A DNA stretch of 64,000 nt, taken from positions 3,596,001 to 3,660,000 of the forward strand of contig OZ281494.1 in the NCBI GenBank assembly GCA_965637545.1, read 5' to 3'. Below, in pieces: positions 48,419-57,827 of the stretch. How positions within the stretch are numbered: the first letter of the stretch is position 1; every line of letters begins with the position of its first letter. The position numbers and the translations under genes are program-made. The stretch is from Phallusia mammillata (lineage: Eukaryota). The notes beneath the pieces were generated by a model. That model was given only the letters and a program-made list of their open reading frames with translations. It had not been told where the DNA came from and made no database searches.

Positions 48419-48730
48419 GATAGAGCTACTTTAACACCATACCTCACGGCAGACCCACATATATTTAGCTAATTTTCAATAGGTGGCGTAAAGAACTAAA
48501 CTATTATTTTAGCAGCTGAAGAAGGGTATATGGTTAGAATATACATTAGGAACTAAGTTCTATTGCTAGTTTTTTTTTTAATGTTGAATTGTAACACCTT
48601 ACCCCGACCCTAATAGCCCTATCCGTGAGCATTTTTAGAGATATAACGTTCCAAATGGGTAAAAAGTGCTTCTTGCGCTACCTATCGAAAATCGGTTAAA
48701 TGCTGGTCTGTCGTGAGGTGTGGTGTTTTA
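48419..48730. mobile_element. Foldback/MULE-like non-autonomous element (TIR family GGTAGAGCTA(C/T)TAACAC...)
   Basis: Inverted termini tagagctactttaacaccatacctcacggcagaccc / ggtctgtcgtgaggtgtggtgtt. Relatives at about 10240-10380, 18190-18330, 30519-30600 and 50843-51377. Confidence 0.55.
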
Positions 48731-49462
48731 TGATTTTCCCATTTTCTCTATGAAAATTTATTATCATAACAAACGCAACACCAAGCATAAACATCATTAC
48801 TAGAGTTGAAATGAAATAAAAATGAGAAGAACTTTTGGGGGAAGGAACTGTCATTCATTAATGTGACCAAACCAGAAATGTTAACAAAGTGACGGGACAG
48901 TTTTTCTGTTACGATGGCAATAATTTACACTACCAGGAGAGTTTTAGCAATGTAAAGGAAATATTTCAATGAAAACCAAAATAGAGTAAAAGGTCATTAT
49001 TTGGAACTGAAAATAACATACACTGAACAAGTACAGTAGATAGACGTGCAGGACATATGATGAAACCTATGAAAGGCATGGTCCTATGTTCTTTTATGGT
49101 CTGTTGGGCTTGTTTTAACCAAATTCGTTTGAGGCATTATGGCTTCAATTCCAATGAATTACTTTTAGTTGGAGCCTTTTAGTTGGAGCTGCTGCACGAT
49201 TAAGAGGTACATTGAACAGGTTATTATCAAGTCAAACCCTAACAAAGGTAAGTTCACTAACAAAATTCAGTTTATGATAAGTATTTGTCTGAATACCAAA
49301 GTAAACAAGACAAACGTCAGGGCAAATTAACAGCGGAATGTTATTTTTCCCCTTGTCTTGCACCACCGCCAAAAATTAAGGCACATTATTTACTGAATTT
49401 GTATTTGTTGTACGCGCACATTTTAACCATGATTTCATATTTGTGTTATTATTTTTACAGAC

Positions 49463-49717
49463 ATGACTTCGGACACAGACAACCATGATCCCACAATATT
49501 TTTTGCAATGGTTGGTGGACTTTGGATCATTATTAATGTACTTTCTTTCGTGTCGACGCTTATCTGCGGATGTGCAGAGAAGAGGCACATGTGTTCCGGA
49601 AGAGATTTGTATCACCTGTTAGTTTTTGTCGGTGGATCGCCAGGAATCGAAATGGCAAAATGGCTGAGGAGTAGTCTGTGCCACAAGCCCACCGAAAATA
49701 AAAATGGTGTGGTGTAG
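49463..49717 (+). CDS. Highly divergent DUF1294-like small membrane protein, subfamily F (84 aa)
   Basis: ttttacag|acATG with an upstream donor aaag|gtaagt at 49248 (5'-UTR intron). IINVLSFVSTL...YHLLVFVGGSPGIEMAKWL aligns to the IN-x2-(T/S)F...LL-x3-GGSPG DUF1294 pattern. Conserved paralog at 56219. Confidence 0.6.
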   Translation: MTSDTDNHDPTIFFAMVGGLWIIINVLSFVSTLICGCAEKRHMCSGRDLYHLLVFVGGSPGIEMAKWLRSSLCHKPTENKNGVV

Positions 49718-50842
49718 TTTTACGTGTTTAAGTCAATACGGTGTGGATATTTTGTAATATATTAAAGTTCTAGTTGTTAAATCCGATATGTGTTCTTTCC
49801 ATGACAAGTAAGTTACTACAGTGCAGCATGATTATAAAATTGATGAACTAGCTCCGCAGTATCTAAGTGGCTGGAAAGGTGAATAAGTTAAGTAGTAACA
49901 CGTTACCCACCCAAAATAGCCATTTTCATAAAATATTATTATTATCACAGAGATAACAAGCGCAATTTTGTTTCTGAATATGTTACAAAACAGAAAGTGT
50001 TACAAGATCCGGCCCTTTTAAATGAATATTGACAGCTTTTTAAGACGCGTATAGTTGTGTGAATATACGCAGCAGGGTGCATCGTACATCAAAATCAGCA
50101 ACGACAATGTATCCTATCAGTCCCCCTATCTCCTGTAGATTAAGCTACTAGTCGTAAAAATTCCGGACATTACAAGTGCTTTTGAAAATAATTTCCGGAC
50201 ACATATTTTACCCTCTGATTCCGAACCTGTCAGGGAAATTCCAGGCGTCTGGTAACCCTATAGTGTAAGTTAAATAAGGCCTTAAAACATTTGAAACGAT
50301 ACCGAATGGCAAAGGCAAAACCAATGTTTCAAACAGAGGTAATTCCCAAGTGCGCCAGACGAGTTCTTCGTAGGCAATAGAAAATAGCTGAAGCGTTAAC
50401 TCTATTATCAAAAACACTGGAAGTTTTAGTTTTGGCTCTCCGACTAAACAATCCATTTTTATAGGTTATTATCGCTATAGTGAAAGAGAACGATTTCAAA
50501 TTGAGCAATATACAGCTGACAGGTGTATTTTAATCGAGGCTATAACTTTTAATTTACTCTTCAACAAAGGTACATTAGTGAAGAAAGCTAAACACATGTA
50601 ACAGAACAGATATATAACTATTTCCTGTTATATGCTCTCTATGAATAGATGTTACAAACAGCTTCTGCTGTTTAACGAAGTTGTGTGCAGCAGAATATTC
50701 GAGTGCATGCCTCATTTCAAGTTATTAAACTGGGTGACGGTTTTTAAGTGTTTGATTCTTAGGACAAACTCATACATTGCATTTGAAGTGATAAAGTAAT
50801 TTTGTAAATAATGGTTATGGTTTAATCCGCAACGTGTTCGTT

Positions 50843-51377
50843 GGTAGAGCGACTACTATCATACCTCAAGGGACTTCCAAAATTAGCTAATTTTCGATAG
50901 GTGACGCAAAGAGCACGTTTTTACATTTAAAGCGAAATATCTCCGAAAATACTCACGGATAAGGCTATCAGGGTCGGGGTAAGGTATTAGCATTTAAAAT
51001 TTATAAAGAACTAGCTTACTAATGTAAAAATTTAAAAAAACTTTTTTCCCCATCCAACCCCTCTTTAGCCGCTAAATAAATAATTATGATCTTTCCGCCA
51101 CCTTGTGAAAGTGGATCACCCGTGAGGTATGGTGTTAATAGGTAGAGCTACTAACACTGAGCTTCACCTTTGGCCCGACCTGAGAACTTCTGGTAGGTGG
51201 CGCATAAAAGCATTGGCGTTTATGGTGCTGACTCAGCAATTATTCTTACCATTAACCCAAATTGCTGTAACAGCACCATAAACGCCTATGCTCTTTTGCG
51301 TCACCTACCAGAAGTTTTCAGGTCGGGCCAAAGGTGAAGCTCAGTGTTAGTAAGTCTACCGTGTTAATAGCTCTACC
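50843..51377. mobile_element. Foldback/MULE-like host element (degenerate 9-bp TSD gtgttcgtt/gtgtccact) carrying a nested insertion
   Basis: Termini ggtagagcgactactatcatacctc / gaggtatggtgttaatagctctacc. Confidence 0.55.
51141..51360. mobile_element. 220-bp almost fully palindromic foldback element with perfect 9-bp TSD gtgttaata
   Basis: Arms of about 100 bp (ggtagagctactaacactgagcttcacctttggcccgacctg... / ...caggtcgggccaaaggtgaagctcagtgttagtaagtctacc) around a loop of about 20 nt. TSD at 51132-51140 and 51361-51369. Confidence 0.85.
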
Positions 51378-52189
51378 GTGTCCACTAGCCACAAAGCCAC
51401 TTCGACACAATGTGTTCACTTTGACGTCAGTGGCGAAACAGAACAAAATTTTGAAAAAGGCAAAGTTTTGTTTCTACTTTTATTATTTTGGGAGCATGTA
51501 GGAGATGTTGTAGCTCTGATTACAAGTTAGTTTTAAATACACCATTTGAGTTATGAGGTCGAATACATGCTTTATAAAAAGAGTTTATTTGAATTAGTGG
51601 TCTTGGTTTTTGATTATTTTATGTGTTGCTATGTTGCAATACACAATACAAGTACATTCCATGAGTTGTCCAAACAAAGGTTGTGAGTAAATTGTTCACA
51701 CAAAAACATTAGACATGTGTATTGGACTGAAACAAAATAGTTAAAGCACAGACCCTTACTTGCATCCCTAATGCACCGTTTCCTGAATTAAACATGATTA
51801 AGAAAAACAAAACACCAAGTATACCCAATTACTAAGTTAGAGCTGAAATAAAAGGAAAATATTAAAGATATTTTGAGTAATGGAACCAGTCAGTCATTAT
51901 GTGTAACCAAACCAGAAATGTTAACAAGAGGACGGCAGTTTCCCTGCTACAATGACAATAATTTGCACTACCAGGTGAGTTTATTGTCAGTAATGCAACG
52001 CAAATGATTCAATTTAGAAACCAGTTTCTCTTACATTTCAATCGTTGTCTGGTCTTGTTCTATGGGAATTGTTGGAAATATATGGGAAATATATAACACC
52101 TCATGTATTATGTCGTCATTAATTTGTATGACGCCTAAGTTCAGTAAATCATTTGTAAGTCATATCACAATATATTCGATATTCGGTCA

Positions 52190-52641
52190 GAAATGAAAAC
52201 GACGCAAAAGCAAAGCCTATTTCAATCGTCTGGGTGGGAAAGAAGATCTGCATGAATGTTTCAAATACGGAAAAATTACACTTGGTCCTGAAATAATTAT
52301 TTGCATTTTGAACTATTCTATCGACTTCCAAATACACGTGCTTCAGTATTTTGTTGTAGTTTATTTTTACGTTTTTCTTAAATGTCGTTGACAAGTGTAT
52401 TGCTTGCAACTGTTGTTGTCATTGCTGTTGGCGAGTGCCAGAAAAGGTATTGCACTTTTTCACACTGATTGGTGGGGTACCTGCAACTGCTCTTGCAATG
52501 CAAGATCGCTGTTTACGCCATAAATGCAGTAAACTGGAATATCAGGTTGTTTATGAAAAAGTTGCCAAAGCATGCGTTTTGTGCTGTTCAATTAAGCTTA
52601 TACTGTTTATCTGCATTTTTTGTGCAAAAACATTTGAATAA
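52190..52641 (+). pseudogene. Frameshifted DUF1294-like pseudogene related to subfamily D
   Basis: KEDLHECFKYGKITLGPEIIICIL...QYFVVV is in one frame, and LNVVDKCIACNCCCHCCWRVPEKVLHFFTLIGGVPATALAMQDRCLRHKCSK in another. Frameshift near 52360-52368; the 5' end is also disrupted. Confidence 0.75.
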
Positions 52642-52692
52642 CAGAAATAAAATTATTTCCATAAAACTGATTTGGTAAAAAAAAGATAGTTT

Positions 52693-53951
52693 TGTAGCGA
52701 CTTCACTACCGTGTTTGCTTATGCGCATCGAAGCGTGTTATTTGCTTTTTTCTTTTAATCGCCATTGCCTCTTTATAAACGCCGATTTCGCGTTGCTCTA
52801 CCTCTTGACACGTTTCGAATTGACTCGGACCTGGCGCCGCTGCTCAATAAAGCTTCGACCGCCTCAATGGTGACCCCGCAACTCTCAAACGGACTTTGAA
52901 GGTCATGTAACACGCTGTCTCAAAGTTTCCATGTGTTCGCCAACTCAGCCACGTAGTTTGCTTCAAGTACGAGTTTCGTTCCAAACTGTGGCAGATAAAA
53001 CAGATTCTTCACGTCGACTCAACGTTGGAACTACATCTCGGCACACTGGAACAAGCTACAGCAATGTTACTTATTTTTTTGTTGGAACAACCTCTGCAAC
53101 AGATGCGTATCAAGTACAACGCCGACTTCAAGCATTTGCGATATCCAGGCAGAAACAAGCAGCGCGACTCCTGCACGTGCCTCTGGACATTTGATTTGAT
53201 TGAACGGCAGCCTGTAACAGTTAAGTACAAAGCACACGCACAACGCTTGCTTCAATCGATTACTCTACCCGGCACGACCGTGCAGCGCGACTCCTGCACT
53301 TGCCTCGGGGTATTCGATTTGCTTTGCCCGATGAGGATCCGACTGATCTTCATTATTTGGCTGAAAAGGCAACCGTGTTGTTGCTACTGAAAAAGCAACC
53401 GTGTTGTTGCTATTTCTTGTACCTCAAGCTTGCTCAGAGCACCGCCTTGCTCTACTGCGTTACGTCATCCCGCAGTGCCCCAGCAACACGTGCAGACCGC
53501 GCCTCCCGAACAAGCCTTCTGAACACACCTCTTCGGGCATTAAAAACCAACCCGGTTTTTGGATGAAATCCTCGCTCCGCCCCGAAACCGCCAGTCATCT
53601 GTCCTCCACGAACACTGTTCCCGCGGCACATGCCTGAGGATAATTGATTGGATTTTCGGCCAAGTAAGTACCGACTGTTCTTCGTAAATTGGCTCAGACA
53701 GCTGACATTTCTCTCCGTGCGACATTACGTTACCCACTGGCCATCGTAACACAAGCCCGCTTCTGGAGGGGGGGTCCTGTAGCGACTTCACTACCGTGTT
53801 TGCTTATGCGCATCGAAGCGTGTTATTTGCTTTTTTCTTTTAATCGCCATTGCCTCTTTATAAACGCCGATTTCGCGTTGCTCTACCTCTTGACACGTTT
53901 CGAATTGACTCGGACCTGGCGCCGCTGCTCAATAAAGCTTCGACCGCTTTA
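52693..53951 (+). mobile_element. Small non-autonomous Gypsy-type LTR retrotransposon (174-bp LTRs, tRNA-Trp PBS, 4-bp TSD gttt)
   Basis: LTRs at 52693-52866 and 53778-53951 are identical except for 2 of the last 4 nt. PBS TGGTGACCCCG at 52868; polypurine tract ggagggggggt before the 3' LTR; TSD at 52689-52692 and 53952-53955. The interior contains only degenerate gag-like remnants. Confidence 0.9.
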
Positions 53952-56218
53952 GTTTCAACTTTACCGAGAATATGTTGGTGGTAAAACCGAATTACGGCCA
54001 GGCTCGTCTCCTAAGGTTTTTGAATCCAGCGCTCAACTCAAATGTTCGTTTCAGCTACCAACCATCGTTAAAAGGAAGGTAGGAAAGTCAAGTTTGAAAT
54101 ACTGCTTTGTACCTTGTGACCTGGCCGTTGTCAAAAGTAGCATAAAAACTTTTATCTACTGAAGTACTATAACTTGCAGTCGTTAAATGTACATGTTATG
54201 TTGGAACAAAATGTCTTACCCTTTTGCCAGCACGTTTCGTTTTACGCATGATCACACACATGTTTTTTCTGTTATGCTCACATTAAAAACCATTAATTTG
54301 TTACATGGTAATCTGAGCTTCTGTTCACTTACTACTTTTTGCGGATGGTTAACCCGTACGTGGGTGGTTAAAATACTCATTACGACTGGGGTGTCATCAC
54401 GATTATCATTCAAACGTCAATAAGCTATTAAGGTGAACATATGCACGTACTTGGGTCAGGCATGAATCATCCATGCAGACCTGCGATCACGACATACTTA
54501 TAAAAGACCTGGGCCTTGCTGTATGAGAATGATTGGGAGACCGGCTTGATTTGACATGACGCTCTTAACAAGCCTGGCGTGCTATATAGTCACATGAAAC
54601 GTCAAATAATTACGATCTATTTTGATCACGTGTTTTTGTGAGGTTGTTTCAACTAGATTAACCAACATGTTTTGTTTTTTGTACAAAAAATTTACTGGAA
54701 GCATTTCCAGGCAGGTATTAAAAAGGAATTAGAAGACAATTTGAAAACAAGATTGGAAATGACTGGCTTAGACTGTCGCAACATTGATGAAGCCTATTAA
54801 AACGTCACATGATGAACTAATTGTAATCCTTCATCTATATACCTACGCACGCTAATGTGTAAGATCAGTGCACATCGCTTAACTGGACATAAACTTTAAA
54901 CGGTCGTTGAATTTGTAATGAATCTTGTAAAAACGACAATACAAAGAGCAAGTCAGTCAGACAGAGATGTGATGTTATTCAAAGGTTAATTCAATTCTTT
55001 TCATTCATGCGCTTACAACCATTAATCGGAGAATCTGTAGATTGAATAGCAGCGAATCTATTTTTAGTTCGACACACCTTCGGGAAACGAGGATTACAGC
55101 CAGTTGGTGTACACTGTACAGCAGGGGTCACCAAACTACGGCCCCACAAATCTCGCAACGCGATTTCATAGGGCACGCAGCAGGTATAATGTTGATATAC
55201 CCTGACTTTGCTTGATCTTTATGGGAATATAATATTAATGGTCTCAAGCAAACGTTTGTAGCGTAGAAAGAAATTAATAATAGCATCTTGTAGCGTGGGA
55301 TCCAAGCCTACTGTACCCCATCACAGTTTATTGAAACAATCAAACGGCGGAGTGACAAGTTCATATTCCTTATGCGGTCGTGAACGTGGTTGATTTATCT
55401 GGAACATAGCTTGCACTACAGATTTCACGATTATTAATTAGTTTCCAGATATGTGACCAACGTAAAGCGGTTGTGATTATAATCGTTAGGTATTGCAGCC
55501 TCTTTTGAGTTGTTTTGGATAGCTTCGGCTCGCTTTGTTTGCGTTGCGGTTATCGATTTTTGGTTTGCATTTGTTTGTAATATTGGTATTCCCAGAAACC
55601 TTGCTATTTGGTATTCCCAGAAACGTTTAAACACAATCAGCAAATCTGTGGTGTACAACATTCTTGGTAAACAATGTATCAACTAACAGCTTTACTTTAC
55701 TAGAACTTTAATTTAACAAAAGAGCAGATAGTTTGCCTGTTATGATGATAACAAACAATATCAAAAAAATACACTGTCGGATACATTATATTGACTCGTA
55801 GGACAATTAAGTGATGAAGCATTTGAAATGGATGAACCAAATTCTTTCATGGGCTGCTGAACTTAAATAAAAAAAAATATTTTCAGAGGCAAATATCGCT
55901 TCAGAAATAAAATATATTTTTTGATTGAAAGTCTGACTGCTGCACGATCGAAAGATAAATTGAACAAGGTTTCAACAAGGGAAAGTTTTATTTAAGGTAA
56001 GATAATGAAGAAAAAAAAGAGTATAACTAGTATTTGTCTGAATATTTGTCAAAATAAACACACCAAAGTCAGGCCAAATTAATAGCAGAATTTTACATTT
56101 TGTTTGCTTTGCACCTTGGCTAAAATTTAGGGCACATTTTTTTATTAAATTTTTATTTGTTGTTCGCGCACATTTGAACTCTGATTTCATAATCGCCTAT
56201 TTAATTATTTTTACAGAC

Positions 56219-56471
56219 ATGACTTCATGCAACAATGATCCCTTAATAGTCTTTGCAATAGTTGGTGGAGTTTGGACCATTATTAATACGCTTTCTTTCG
56301 TGTTGACACTTTTTTGCGGATGTGCAGCGAAGGAATGTGTGTGTTGCGGAAACGATGTGTATCAAATGTTTTTTTTTGGGGGGGGGGGGATCACCAGGAA
56401 TAACATTTGCAAAATTTCTGAGGGAATGTTGCGGTCCCATACCAATCGAAAGTAAAAATAATTTGGTGTAG
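56219..56471 (+). pseudogene. Subfamily-F divergent DUF1294-like gene with a +1 frameshift in a T9-G12 homopolymer (pseudogene or sequencing error)
   Basis: ttttacag|acATG TSCNNDPLIVFAIVGGVWTIINTLSFVLTLF. Removing one G restores GGSPGITFAKFLRECCG...NNLV*, colinear with the 49463 gene. Confidence 0.65.
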
Positions 56472-57827
56472 TTTTATGTGTTTAAGCCAATACAATGTAA
56501 ATATTTTGTAATATATTAAACAGTTTTAGTTGTGAAGCCCGATATGCGCTTTCCGTTACTTTACCACAGTGCATGATAATAGAAGTGATGAATTAGGTCA
56601 ACAGAATCTAAATGGTTTGAAAGGTGAATATGAGCCAATCATGCATGGGCGGGTTTCAAAAGAAGAAAGAGTAGAGCCTGCTACTCAGTAGGCAATGTTG
56701 AACTAGACATGAGATCAAACATAAAACCGACAACTTGAAACTTTGATTCAAGAAAAAATGCTGTTGTTTTCGTTATGTACCTGCACTTTTAACTAGTTAT
56801 GTTGAAAAGTAACTTTCGAAGATTATTCGCAATATCTTTAGTATGTCTGAATTAGGGTTGCCATATTTGCATGGGCGACATTTCCGAAGGCTCCAGGAAC
56901 TATATATGGCGACACCAAAGTACCGTTACAATGCATTATACAGCATGTTGTTACAGGTTACCAACCCTAAAAGTGTCATTTTTCATTAAATATCTTTTCT
57001 ATCACCTTTCTTTCACAGAGATAAAAAGCGCAGTTTTGATGCTAAATAAGTTACAAAACAGAAAGTGTAACAAGATTCAGCCATTTTAACAGAATATAGT
57101 CATTTTTACGACGCGTGGTCGCGTAAATATACGCGGATTGTGAAAACCCATGTAGCTACTTGGAATTAAAACATTATTTTTAAAATTCATTATTGGACAT
57201 AGATTTTACGCACTGATTTCGGTTATATCAAAGACATTTGAGATTGGACAATTTGACCAAACAACGGGTTTTATGGGCAACACAGATTAAAATAACACAT
57301 TGGATGCAAATGCACAATTAATTTGTGGTTCCAATTCTGAAGATTTTCCCAAATTAGCGGATATTGCAAAATTGGAATCTCGGAACGAAAAAAACGCATT
57401 TTATTTTTTGATTTGCACTTTTTTATCTTGACTTATATAAGAACGACGATTGATAGATACGAATCAGACACTGAAAACAAAGGAACAAAACAACTAAGGT
57501 AAGTGAATTTACCATTCGTAATATTTTAGAGAAATCGTAGTACCAGGCCAGAATTGTTAAATTCTTGTTTTGTTTTTTAGAAGTATAATAGACCAACCTT
57601 AAACAAACCTGTCGAAGACTGTAACACACAGTTCATTGACCGTTTTAGGATCGCTACTTAGGTAAGTGAGTAAATCGTAAAAAGTATATGGGTAAAGTCG
57701 TACTTAAATGGATAAAGTCGTACGTTAAATTAACTTTGCTTTAAACAAGTCAAATGGACATGCACGAAATCATTGCTTATCATTAAGTATACTTTCTATT
57801 TAGATTGTTTAGAACAAGTCGTCAAAA

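Noticed and set aside
25581-55625. Short tandem repeats ((TA)n at about 25583, 18-bp duplication at about 40447, 17-bp direct repeat at about 55585)
   Set aside because: Ordinary slippage products with no further structure.
644-56471. Bacterial contamination or endosymbiont origin of the DUF1294 cluster
   Set aside because: The genes have GT-AG introns and AATAAA signals and are interleaved with multi-exon animal-type genes and eukaryotic transposons.
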